Shown piece by piece: positions 47,001 through 59,978 of a stretch of DNA of 64,000 bases (position 1 is the first letter of the stretch; each line of letters opens with the position of its first letter). The position numbers and the translations under genes were made by a program. The stretch is from Chlorokybus atmophyticus. Taxonomy: Eukaryota > Plantae > Mesostigma and Chlorokybus algae. Under the pieces are notes generated by a model that saw only the letters and a program-made list of their open reading frames with translations, was not told the DNA's origin and made no database searches. The stretch lies in assembly GCA_009103225.1 (NCBI GenBank), contig RHPI01003788.1, positions 211,582 to 275,581 on the forward strand, given 5' to 3'.

Positions 47001-48283
47001 TGGCGTGTACCCCGAGCACAAGCACCGCATCGTCGAGGTGTTACAATCACGTGGCCGCCTCATCGGCATGACGGGCGATGGCGTCAACGATGCACCCGCG
47101 TTGAAGAGAGCCAATGTGGGCATCGCTGTGGCGGGTGCGACCGAAGCAGCCAAAGGAGCTGCGGATATCATACTAACCCAACCAGGGATATCTACCATCA
47201 TCACAGCCATCATACGCTCGCGCAAGATATTCGCTAGACTACAGACGTACATCATCTATCGCATGGCTTCATCACTACTCATACTCTTCTTCTTCTTCTT
47301 CGCCATCATCGTGTTGGACTTCCAGTTCCCAACCTGGACTCTAGTCTTAATCTCCATCCAGAATGATCTCGCCGTCATGACAACGAGCTTTGATAAGGTG
47401 CATTCTTCGCCCTTTCCCGAGTTGTGGAACATGACGAAGTGCCTCATTGTGGCGGGAGCCGTGGCCGCGTGTGGACTTGTGGGGTCACTTCTGTTGGTGG
47501 TAGTGGCGGATCCGGCGAGGTCGATTGATTGGTGGAGTGGGTGGAAAGTGGAGCTGGGCGCAGGGGAAACGCCGCTCAGACGAGGTGAGGTGTTAGTAGG
47601 TGTGTTCTTGTGTATGTGTTGAGTCAGTCACGCGCATCTACACACAGACAGATACACATGCGTGCACGCGAGAACACACGCGCTTACCCACACACCTACA
47701 CTCATATACACTCAAACCCACATCGACACCCACACATGCGCGTGCGCATGCATACGTGAATACACATACATACGCACACGCATGTACACACGCACACATG
47801 CATGCGTGCACTCGTATCCGTGCGTGTACACACACGCATAGGGCAATACCACATTTCCAAGTTAACGCCCCACCCCCCCACCACCCACCCACCCACACAC
47901 ACTCATCCCTCCCCCCTCCCCTCCCAGAGGCCCAGCTCGTTGCTGTGACGTACCTCCAGCTCTCGATCGCCATCCAGCTCGCCATCTTCGCCACGCGCAC
48001 CCCCTCATTCTTCTGGCGATTCACTGCTCAGAGCGGCAAGGGAGGTGCACCGCGCCCGTCGGTCGCACTGATACTGCCGGACCTCATACTACTGATGGGT
48101 GAGGATGTGTGGGTGGGGGTGGGTATGTGGGAGGGGGTGGGTGGGTGGTGAGAGTGTTTGGTTTGTGTGTAGGTGCGACGTTTCTCGCGGTGTATTGGCC
48201 GATTGGGGCGAGTAAGGCGGTGGGAGGCGGGACGCCGATGCAAGGGGCGGGATGGGCAGCGTGCGGCATCACGTGGTGCGTTG

Positions 48284-48314
<31 letters not shown>

Positions 48315-48317
48315 ACA

Positions 48318-48348
<31 letters not shown>

Positions 48349-49539
48349 GCATATCTACATGGACACAAGAACATCTGTCTCTCATACGTATGTCCCACGA
48401 AGACGTACATGCAGACGTTCTGACATGCATACGCACGCACACCAACACATGGGCGCATGCACGCAATCATGCATAGTTGCACATGTGTGTGCATGTGCAT
48501 CAGCGCGTATCTACGCAACCCTACTTTCTCAGCCACCACACACCCTCCACAATACTCTCCAGTCTCACCCCCCCGCCCCGCTGTCACACAGGTTGTGGGG
48601 TGTTTGTTGGTTTATCATCGCGGACGCGGTCAAGGTCCCCGTGTGGGCGCTCTTCACGCGCTACACCGCCGAAGCGCGCCGACGCAAGGACAGCGGACTC
48701 CCGCGCGCAAAATGGATGCGGGTGAGCTGTTGTGTTGAGAAGACAAAGTCAATCATGCTGGGCATGTATGGACAATCGTACTGTATGTATATGTGTAGCG
48801 TGGCATCAGTGTATCATACTCGAGTATACTTGAGCAGATTGACAGAGGATGTTGTTGTATGCACACAATGCATACAACGTTGGTTGATATTGCTGTCTGT
48901 GATGTATATGTACCACGCACGCACCCATGCACGCACGCACACGCACACACATACACACACATGCACTCACGCAGGTGTTGGAGTGGCCCGGTGAGGGCGC
49001 CGAGTTCGTCACCGAGAAGCTCGAGTATGTCGTGGATCGCACGTTCGGCAAGACGGGTCGCGCTATCATCAAGATGTTTTCAGGAATGAAGCCGTCCACG
49101 CGCAAGATGTCACAAGTAAGTGGAATGTGCGTGCGTGCGTGCGTTCGTGCGCTTGTGTGCATGCACATGCGCGCATGCGCATGTGGTGCTGTGTGTGCAT
49201 GTGTGCGTGTACGTGCGTGCGTGCCTGTGTGTGCGTTCAAGTGCGTGGGTCTGTTTATGACTGTTTGTGCGTGTGTGTACTAATGGAGCACTTGTTGTTT
49301 TGTTGCAGAGGTGGGGCCGGTCCGAGCCACACATCTCAAAGCTCCTGCGCCCGTCATCCGTGCTTGTCGCAGCCGAGTCCAGTCATGTAAGAGACAGCTG
49401 CTGCTGCTGTTGTTGTTGTCATCGACTCAAAACACCTTGCATGCAGGATCCTGTCCAGCGGGCGATGGTGACGGAGAGGCAGACCCTCGCGCGGCGTGCT
49501 TCGCAGGGGAACGTGCTCAAACCAGGCGAAATCTACTAG
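44094..49539 (+). CDS. P3A-type plasma-membrane H+-ATPase (algal/protist type), about 12 exons
   Basis: HGYNEV, GDVIPADA, VDESSLTGESLPV, VPIGMPVVTTTVLAVGA, CSDKTGTLT (phospho-Asp), KGAP, LLDPPRDD, MVTGD, GMTGDGVNDAPALK and QND in M6. The C-terminus ends ...PGEIY*. The start codon is uncertain. Confidence 0.92.
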
Positions 49540-49999
49540 TTGGTTCCCTTCATTCAGCATTTGGTACATACGTACGGTCTTACGTTACAGCAGATTAAAC
49601 ATTAGAACACTCCTTTAGTCGTGTGCGCTATGGGGGCTGTCTGGCACGCACAGCTGCTAGCACGTTTGTGGTTCGTGAGCCCCTTAGTGCCCTTAGTCTA
49701 GTGAGTCTTTGGTTGGCTTGTTAATAGGTCAGATACAACGAGGGGCTTAGTGACGTGGTTGTAAGTAATTTGTATGTCATGCGGTACAAAGGACCGTGTG
49801 AACGCATGTGTGTAAACGTGCATCTGCTTGTGATTGGATTTGGACCTCTCTATCTTACCCTGTGCATGCGTGCACGTGCGCGCGTGTGCCCACGCGCAAG
49901 TGCGTGGATACGCGTGCATGTGCGTGGGGGTGTGCGAATTGTCACTGGTGGTAGTGTTGGTGCTGGTGATGACGCTGATGTCGATGGTGTCAGTGGTGT

Positions 50000-52900
50000 G
50001 AGATGTCAAGATGTTTGCTAGATGAGTCTTTGCTCAATACAGCCTTTTTCGCCTCTTTTCATGATGACAGGTAACTCATGCTCCATCGAGCGCTGAGCCA
50101 CACCTTCAGTCAAGGTGGAGCACTCATACCACTGTTCTCGTGCATGCAGCGCCGTATGATGCAGTACACGAGGGTATTCACCAACAGCGCGTGCGTGTGC
50201 GCTCGCATGTGCAAATGTGCGCTTGCATAAATGCATGGGAGTGCCCGTGTGGCTCTGGTGTTCTCGTCCAACAACACATGTGCGCTAATATGAAGCACGC
50301 GTGTGTCTGCGTACAGCAAGAGTGTGGAGATGTAGCATATGTTTATCCGCCTGCGCGGACGTGCGAAAGAGCCGCATCATTCCAAACCACCCACATGTAA
50401 GACTGGTGTTACCACCTCTTCATCCTTTCTTGCATTCCCAACATGAGTTACGTGTCGCCTGTGCTAAGCGCACCGGGAGGTGTAGGGTTGCGCGCATTGC
50501 GTGGTTGGCCTGTGCAGCAATAGCCATTTAATCATACTTTGTACTAGTTGTGGTTGCATCATCAGTGCTATACATGCTCAGCATTGCGCGTCACCTCGAG
50601 CACGGACCCACAAGGACAATGGTCGTGTCATGGTATCAACATGTGACACGACAGCTGCAAGCATCACTCGGGTGGTGGTGGGTGCACTTGAATGAACAAC
50701 AACAACATCCACAGTGGCATGCACGCAGGCAGTCTCCTCTCTCACCTGTGGGATAAACCACATATGGATAGTATGCCTCGCTGGCCGGCTGCAACAACGC
50801 GGATGATATGTCGCCTTGAGCCTCTCGCGCTCTCTCGCGGTGCCGCCCCCCATGTGTCTGCACAAGTCTGTTTCACAACACCACACACGAAGGAGCTAAC
50901 CGACGGATGTAATCACCAGTATGACACACCTCGACGTGTGCACCTTGCCCCAATCATGAAAGTGTTGAGTCAAACTCACCTGACTTGGTGCGGGCCAAGC
51001 ATGTGTATGTGTGCGCCGCGCTATGCGAGTCAACCGCTGAGACAGTGTGGATGTGTGTGTGTGTCACACTTCCGGAAGTCTTGTCATGAGCCTGGCGATG
51101 GCGTCCGGCACCGTGCGCGGGGTCCCCGCACCCGACAGATCCAACAACGCTGGTGGGGACTCCAGCACTGGCTGAGACACAACCACTGGCTTGGGTAGCA
51201 CATGACCATTCTCCAAGTGATGATTGTTGTGCTTGTTGTTGTGGTGGTGGTGGTGGTGGTGGTGGTGGTGGTGGGAGAAGAGTTGAAGTTCTTTTGCTGC
51301 GCGCGCGACGGCTTCATCGGTGAAGTCGATGGAGCATCCCGCGGACGAAGCGGACGCTGATAAGGCTCCTGACAGCCACTCTGCCAGCGCCACTCCCCTC
51401 TTCTTGTTGTTCTTGGCGGTGGCGTTCTTCAGAGCCAGCCGCTGCGCGCTGGTGTTGTGGGCATTGTTGCGCATGCTCGCGCCCATCGATACGCTCTCGA
51501 TACCGTACACGTCAACAACGGGACCTGATCAAGGGGTGTCATGTAAGGGCACGAGCACATGCACACACATTTACACACACGCACACGCACACGCACACGC
51601 ACATGCACACGCATACACACGCGCACATGCACGCACGCAGTACCTTGTGTGGGTTTGTGGTGCGTGTTGTTGTTACTGATGGAGTATTGGTGCACGTACG
51701 ACTCCGACTCGCTGAACACCGACTGCGATATCGACAGCGTCATGTCCGTGGTACGCGTCTCATACAACGCATCTCCCACTCCATTCTCCTCAACATCCGA
51801 CCCCGACCCCGACCCCGACCCCGACTGACTATGCACATGAGTAGTAGCGATTGTTGGTACTGTTGTTGTAGTAGTAGTCGTTGTTGTAGCAGATGCATCC
51901 TTCTCTGCTTTTATCCTCAGATACACCGCCCTGAAGTGGTCTTCCAGCGGGTGCGCCCATGTGGTGACTCCCGTGAGCGTGTTGTGGAAATAGACTCGCC
52001 CGTGGTCGTCGTCGAACTCCTCCCACGCGGCCGGCAGAGGGGCGCGCAACGCCTGCTCCGCGATCCAGAGGAGGTCCGGGTCGCGCACGGGGTCCAGGCC
52101 GAGCTGGACGCTGTACTTCATGATGTCCTGTGCATGTGTGGGTGTGGGTGTGGGTGGGTGTGCCTGTGCGTATGCGCGTGTGCGTGCGCTGGTGTGAGCA
52201 TGTGCGTGCCCACGTACGTACGTGAGTGCCACAATCATGATGTGTGATGCTGTGTTGTTATGCGTGCATGCATGTTATTATGGCTGGTGCATTCGTGCAT
52301 TCGGAGTGCATCAAGTGCGTTTGTCGACAGAGGATTTTGTACTCATATACGTTGCAGAAGCAAGACAGTTGTGCACCTTAACGTCGAGCTGGATGGGAGC
52401 CTCTTCCTCTTCCTCCTTCTCCTCCACTTCCTCCTCATCTGCTTTGTTGGTCGGTGCGGGTTCCCCCTCTTCATGAATTGGCTGCAGCAGCTCTGCTGAT
52501 GATTGTTGTCCTCCACCTGCTTGCGGTAATGCTCTTTCTTCCTCTTCTTGCTGGTGACGGCTGGCTTCAACTTGTGCTGCTGCCGTTCCCTGCTGCAAAC
52601 CTGCACACCCACACACACATTCACACAGAGTGCAAGTCAGCTGCTTGACAACAGCAGTGTACAGCATTCCCAACACAATAACAACCTCACCTGCAGCATC
52701 ATCTTTTGGGCTGGTTTCTGCCTGTCCATCAGCAGCCAACGCCGCACCCTTGCGCACATGATGGTGCTCAACAACAGGCTTGACATCAACTCTACCAACA
52801 TTCTCCTCTTCCTTTGCATGCTCCGAGCCCTCCCACCCAAGCCTGCACAGACAATTGTTAGATACGCAACAGACACGATGACTTATGTTGTTTGAGCAAT

Positions 52901-55536
52901 CTACACCTGGCGAGGGGGACTCTGGTTGGGTGTTTGACGTATCCGTTGGCAGCCTCGCGCGACACGTCGGCTTGCTTGTTGCCAGGAAGGCCAATCTCTT
53001 CGCTCTCACGCCCGACAACGGAACTGGCTCGTTCAGACTCTTGCCCAATCTCGTGTACACGCTTCGACCTGAGACAAGTGGTATGGGTATGTGCTCAGGC
53101 ATGTGCGCGCTCGCGTGCACATGCTTGAACATGTACGTGCACATAACATAACCCTATACGCCTGTGAGTGTACATCTCTCCCACATCACTACAGGAAACC
53201 CACACTCACACGCGTCCAAGTGCGCACGCTGCGATTGCGGCTCCCGCCACCATCGCCGCCCCCACAACACCGATCATGAGTCCATCCCGCGGCGACCTCA
53301 CCCTCTTATCATCTCTCGCCATCACCGCCACGAGTGCAAGCACGGCCCCGATCACGATCAACCCCGTGCCCACGAACACGAGCATGCAGATGGTGGATGC
53401 GCACGACGGGACGCGCGCGCTGGCCCAGAGAGAGAGTCTGGTCTTGAGGGAATGATGATGAAGTTGGCGTGTGAGCGCGTATCTGAGGTGGAGGATGAGG
53501 AGGGAGAGGAGGTGAGCGCCAGAGGTGCAGGCGGAGTGGAGGGAGAGGAGCTTGGAGTGTAAGGGAGGGACAGCGGACTCGATGGCGGACATCACGCTCG
53601 CTGATTGCTGCATCGCCTCGGCCTGTGTGTGACAACAATCAGGATACAAAGACACGCAGACACACGTACACACGCGCACGCGCGCATACTCGTGCACACA
53701 CGCACGATCGGCGTGTACATTACCAGAGCAACGCAGGATGCCACATTGGCCTCGTCCAGGTGCAGTGGCTTTGCGCCCGCCACCGCTGCAGCCACTACAT
53801 TGTCCAACACCTGCCCACATTCACTCACTCAATACCACCAACTCCCCAACAGTATTATCAACACCAACTCCACACGCATCACATCTCACCTCAATACGCT
53901 GCAAGGCCACGCGCCTCCTCTCCTCGACATCATCACCACCGCCACCGTCGTCATGGCCGTTGTCGTCTATGTCAACGATGGTGTCGAGTTGGTTCTGCAG
54001 TCGCGGCGGCAGGCCGAGCGCGTGGAGAGACTCGAGGAGACGATCCTGAAGGACCCAAACGGAGGAGAGCGAAGTGGCGTCCTCGGAGGAGCGGGCGTGC
54101 GCCAACCACGCCGACAATTCCGCCACCTGATGAGAGGGGAGGAGACGTGTTGCATGGGAAGCGTGTATGCGTGTGCACGTGTACATGTCTGTGTGTGCGT
54201 GCGTGTGCGCGTGTAAGACTGCGCGTGCACACGCATGTCTGCGCGTGCTTGCTTGCGCATATGTGTCCGTGCACGTGCATGTGTGGGTGGCTGGGTCGTC
54301 ATGTCCGTGAGTCGGTGCATGTGTGCATCACAATGCGCACGCCTGTGTACGTGGGCGCATGAGTGCATGTGTGATATTCAGTACAAGCAGGCCTCTCCTT
54401 ACCTGCGGTCGAAACTTTGCCGCAGCTTGCATCCGCGCCGCTTCCCCCATCACGCCCCTCACAGTCTCCTCTTCCTTGCTAAACCCCGCCCCCTTCCAAC
54501 ACAATCCCCACCCGCCACGTCGACTACTCCCACCCACCAGCACCCCCATCTCCTCCCTGAGATGATCCACATTGGCGGCGAGTTCGGGTAGCGCGTCGTC
54601 GACGAGGTTGCAAGCGAGGGCGAGGCGAGCGAGGAGCTCACCCCGGACGTCGTCATTGCTGTGGTTGGAGGTGGATTCGAGGTCGAGTGAGTGGGCGGCG
54701 CGGGAGATGGCGAGGAGGGAGGGGAGGGAGGAGGGGAGGAGGGAGGAGGAGGGGAAGGAGGACCAGCAGGCATGGAGAGAGCGGGCGGCGGACAGACACC
54801 TGCGCGAGTGAATGTGGGTGGGTGCGCGAGAGAGTCGGCGCCTTAATGCGCTCGTGCGTGCGTGCGTGCATGGGGAGGGGGNGGGGGGGGGGAATGCGAA
54901 AAGGATGCTTGTACTTTTGTGCTAAATATCCAAATGTGAGAGATTGCTACCAACATTTAAGCAATAAACAATGGAGGAGAGTGTTTCACCTCGATGACAA
55001 CACATACGCACACGTGCTTGGGTACAACATGTGTCTTCACTTGCATGTAGAACATGCACATTATGGGCACAGAGTTAGAAATCCTACTTTCACGCTGTCC
55101 TTCAACAAGTCGTGTGTTTTGTAATAGTAACGCAACGAACGATACAACAAGTGTATTGCTTCTGTGCAGAATGGTGACACTGTTGTTTCCCGTGCCACAT
55201 TGCGCACTGCACAGTAAGCAGCACGACACCCACCTGCGCAATGCCTCGCTACCATCAGGCTCCTCGTCTTCAAGCTCCTCCCCCTCCACTTGCTCTTCCT
55301 CCTCCTCTTCGCCTCTGTCTTCCTCATCATTGTCCTCGTCAGCAACACCGCCGCGGCGGCCGCTGAGCTTCGCCAGTGCTGCCTCTCCCTGTCAACACTC
55401 CCCAGCGGTGATGTGCATCAGCACGCCCGTCGCTTCTGTCCTCAGCACATCAACGTCCACTGCTTCCTTCCACAACCCCGTTGCTGCGCTCCGCGAAGGC
55501 GACACCAACGCCGCCGCGCGAAGCGCAGGAGCCCAT
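50000..55536 (-). CDS. Large multi-exon protein with a CEP164-type WW module, acidic tracts, poly-His and a possible transmembrane hairpin; both ends uncertain
   Basis: IMKYSVQLGLDPVRDPDLLWIAEQALRAPLPAAWEEFDDDHGRVYFHNTLTGVTTWAHPLEDHFR (about 51930-52130). Upstream exons join in compatible phases. A possible start MGSCAS at 55536 could not be linked by a clean splice donor. Confidence 0.55.
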
Positions 55537-55967
55537 ATTTGGGGGTACGCTCCTTTGCAATCCATTGTGTCGGCTCTTGACCTCGCTGATGGCATACGGG
55601 GGCTCGGGTATATACGCATAGGCCACTGTATTCAAAACTCAACAGCCTCATCACGAGGTTGTCGCTTTATGTCCCTGTGGCGTTCTGATAATGATAGGAT
55701 CTCTGTGATGGGATCCACCCTGACCCGCCACGTGTCCGACTGTCAACAATCCCAACAATGACGCGCGCACGCAGTCCCAGCCTACTCAGGCGGCGGCGGC
55801 GGACGACGACGACGACGTCCGTAGCCACCGGCGGAGTACTATCAAGGTTGCTTACATTTTAAGCTGGCAGCGCTGCCTGTGCTGGTAGAGTGGCCACACA
55901 GAGTGTACTGGGCACATCCTGTACACGCTGCGTTCTGTAACTTGCCTGCGTTAGGCCAGCAGCGAGC

Positions 55968-57841
55968 ATGGCGAGCGGCGGCGGCGCTGCTGCTGCCATT
56001 GCTAGGCAGCCGACGGCGACGGCGACATCGACACCGCCAGCGCCTGAGACGACGAGGGTTCTCCCCGCCACCACCACGACGTTCATCGTCAACGGCGGCA
56101 CCAAGAGCAGCGGCGGCAGGATGAAGCCTGGCAGCGGCAGAGGCGGCGGGCGAGCGCTGCTTCGTCTGGTGACTCTACTTGTAGCGGGTGCGGCGGCGAT
56201 AGTCCAGTACGCGTCGAGGATGCCTCCGCCCGTGACAGAGGCGGCCATCCGTGACGCCGGCGCCGTCCCCGTGCGTCTACCCGACGGCCGACTCCTGGAG
56301 GTGTATGAGGCGGGAGTCAAGGACGGCGTGCCACTACTCTACTTTCATGGCATGAGCGGGACAGGTGAGAGAGAAGCAATTGGTGCATCTGTGGGCGTAT
56401 TGAAGGAAATGTCGTGTGAACATGTGTGTTGTTGTAGGGCGGCGGTTCACCTCGCCCGATTATCAGGAGCTGTTTGAGAAGCTGAAGATTCGAGCAATTC
56501 TGCCATCGCTGCCAGGTACATTCACATGCATGCACATGGATGAAGCAATGCTGCATGAACCTCAACATGCCTGCATGTGTGTGTCTGTGTGTCCAGGTCA
56601 CGGCCTCAGCGATGTCGTGCTGGATAGGAAGCTGAAAGACTGGCCCAGCGACATGGCAGATGTGCTGACGACACTTGGCCTCGAAGACGCAAAGTGCGTC
56701 GATTTGCATACAGTCGCACACATGCACATGCATACTTACGCATGCACCCTCACTAACATCGTCACCTGCATGCACACGGGTACGCAGCATGCGCTTGCAC
56801 ACTTGCACCCACATACGCGAAGGGCATGCTCGCATGCATGCACTCACACATCATAACGAATGGCAGGTTCTACACTGCCGGCGTGTCGTTTGGTGCGCAG
56901 CATGCGGCAGCGGTCGCGTCGTTCATGCCGGAACGAACAATTGCTGCAGGGTAACACTAGTATAATTTTGCATAGCCTTGTGGTGTTGCTGTTGCTGAGC
57001 TTGATGCTGTGGTTGTTGTTATCAGTCAAGTAGTTGAGAGAGTGTGTCCTGAATTGATATTGCAGAATGTGGTCCCCGCAACCCCCTGGCGAGGAAAAGA
57101 TCGACGGGTTGAGTGAGGGCCCTGTGTTTGCGCTATTGAAAAAGTAAGTTGGCCGGGATTGCAGATGTGTGTGCATTTGACTGTGTGTGGACATGTCTGT
57201 GCTCGTGTGTGTGGGTGGGCATGTTTGTGCACGAATGCATGCTGCACATGCAGGCGGGTGTGCTTGTGCGCGTTAGCGCATTGGCATGCATGGTGTTTTA
57301 CACGTGTGTATAAGCACAACAGATGTTCATATATGTAGTTGTGTGCAGGATCTCTGCCAGTTTCATCCCGCGCACGATCCTGTCTTGGATCTACGTGGAC
57401 GTGTGGGGTCCCGAGGCGCTGGGCTTCTTCCTCCCTCGTCAATTCGGCGACTTCTTTGACCCGAAGAAGCAGCCCCACATCCCTCACTGGGACCTCATCT
57501 ACAAGGACCTGCTGCGCTCGTACAACTACACGGGCCCGCGCGGGTGGGCGGAGGTGCCCGCCATGGTCAACGCGGGATATGGATTTGATTGGAGGAGCAT
57601 GTTGGGTGGGGAACATAACAACATATCCCGGCCACCCGTGCAGGTGGCGTGCGCGACTGGAGATGAGATGTCTCCCGTGCGCGTGTGTGAGCACTTTGTG
57701 GCGGGTCTGCCACGCAACGGGAGGCTGCGGCTCGTGAAGGGCACGCACGTGTGGACCATGCAAGAGATTGAAGCTGCATTTTGGGAATTGCTCCAACTTG
57801 GCGTGGAAGCCAACCGCGTGGATGGACCCACACATTCGTAG
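55968..57841 (+). CDS. Alpha/beta hydrolase with N-terminal membrane anchor, 6 exons
   Basis: RLPDGRLLEVYEAG, LYFHGMSGT, PSLPGHGLSD, nucleophile elbow GVSFG, acid ATGDEMSP and GTH. Confidence 0.85.
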
Positions 57842-58759
57842 CGGCGGGACTGTCATTGCTGCCCGGGCACATATGTGTATGTGTTTGTGTATCGTGTCAT
57901 TTGTTGTTCCATTGGTTGTTTCTTTCCTGCCCATCCGCAATGCAGGCAGATCGTTGCTGATTTGAGTTGAGTAGTTGTTGCAAGCTAGAGTTGTGTTGAA
58001 GGCAAGGCTGGTATTCGACCGGTGGGCGTTGGAAGTGAGTGTGGTGTGCACAGTCTTGCAGGAATTGACCGATCGTTGCTGCGCCGAGCATCCAATCTCA
58101 GAGCAATCACTGTTGATGCATGACATGCCACAATAGTACTGCCCAGGCACTTTGAGCCCCTATACATTTGTTGTACTTCTGTTGTACATGCGTTGTATGC
58201 GTGTATGTCAGAGTCATATCAATTTTGCTGTTGTATAAGCTGCTTCATGGGTGATGGCAGGTAATTTGTTCACCTCACAAGGCACCACGCAATGCCATGT
58301 GGATGGTTCGTAGGCACTTGCCACGCGTCAGCCTGGTTAACAATGGTGTCGTAGATATAGTTTGAAAGTCGTCATCAATCCCATCAAACACACACATCAT
58401 CAATGCTTAGTCACGCAACAGGGCATATTACAAAGCCCGCAGTTCAAACAGACACAACATAGCACGCAGCAGAGGTGTTGGGGAGGAGGGTTAAGGAGTG
58501 TTGGTTTGCTATTGCTACCGCAAATACTATGGAGACCTGCCGTTGTTCACAACTGCGGTGTAGCTGACTGCGATTGCCATGCATGCATGCAGGTTTAACA
58601 TGGGGGCAATAGTGGTAGGGTTAGCGGTAGTTAGTCGGTAGCACACAAGCGCATGTTTTAGCCCGATAGTCGAGTTGATGAGTATAAGATATGTAATGCG
58701 GTTTCATGCTAACTGTGACCGTGCATAAGTACATGTGAACATGCATATATGCACGGTCA

Positions 58760-59199
58760 CAGTCAGCATGGAAGCAAATATGAGATGTTCGCCCTGCTGA
58801 TGGAGGCGGGGTGCGTGGTCAGACGCGAGCAATCTGATTTCATGCCCATCCGTGCAGGAGAGGTGCAATGCACACGATTGGACCTGGTGGCATCCGAGCC
58901 GGGCCGCAATTGAAAGCTGTTGTTGCATGTCATGGTCACAGCGTGTGGGGATTGCACCGGTGCAACCGTGCGGGTGGCGGAGGCGGCGAAGCGTCGCAAG
59001 TATGGTGATCACCAGCCAGGGGACGCCTTCCTCCCGCTTGCGATGGAGACGCATGGGACGCTAGCAGAGGACTTTTAGCATGTGCTCCGTTTGTGCGCGT
59101 GATATTGCCACAGTGCGCGGGGCGGAGCCACGGCGCGTGGAGGGCTTAATCCGCATCTGCCGTCAGCGTGTGGCATGCGCCTTGATGCGGGACGCAAGC
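58760..59199 (+). mobile_element. Degenerate C-terminal restriction-like endonuclease (RLE) fragment of a non-LTR retrotransposon
   Basis: MFALLMEAGCVVRRE...RLDLV...LLLHVMVT...AEAAKRRKY...FLPLAMETHG, with internal stops. It ends abruptly at the LTR edge. Confidence 0.65.
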
Positions 59200-59978
59200 T
59201 GTAACAGTCAAGGCCAAGTTTCATGATTTTTGGACCTTTTTTGGCCCATTATCGACCGGGGCCTCAGGATCAGTCCGGAAGATGCCAGAAAACGGAGGGC
59301 CAGTCGAGGGCTCGACCAGATTTCTGGAAGGGCCTGGCGCCAAGTAGTATAACTTGACCATATGAGCACCTAATCAGGAGATCTTTGGTGCGTAAGAGTT
59401 GTCTAGAATATACTACAAGGTTCTTCAATAACACCTTAGCATCTAGTTTTGTGTAGCACGGGAATCGTTTAGACAGTAGCATGTGCAGACTGGTAAGTAT
59501 AAAAGCGACATTCTACAATGTGCAATACAACCTTTAGCTCCCTAGTTTCTAGTGTGCAAGCTTGGTGGTGGTTAGCAGGGGTTGTCAGCATGTGTCCACT
59601 GGTGTGTGCTTGCTTGTGTGACGATCCAAGGCGCTACACAAGTCGGTGTGTAGCTTCGATCGCATGCGTACGCGAGTGGCGGGGCGCACGTGTGTGCTTG
59701 GCAGAGGGGGCCAGGTTTCTGTGTGTCTTGTCTTCGTGAGAGGGTTGTTGATTGGACCAATTCACAGGTGACAAGGCACGAGCATCGTCACAACTGGTAT
59801 CAGGGCACGGTTTACGAAGGTGAGAGATGTCGTGCCTTCCCTCATCGTGGCTCGAACTCGTCGTAAGCCACCTTGCCATGCATGTCCGCATGCTATTGTA
59901 CACCATGAGACCATGTCATGCTGTCTCATGCACTGTCTCTCATCACATGGCAGACACACACATGAAAGATGTGTGTCA
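59200..59978 (-). mobile_element. 3' LTR (about 780 bp) of the Ty3/Gypsy element
   Basis: Bounded by TG...CA (TGTAAC at 59200, TGTCA at 59978). On the minus strand a purine-rich AGGGGGTGG tract (PPT) directly precedes it. No second LTR is present for confirmation. Confidence 0.55.
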
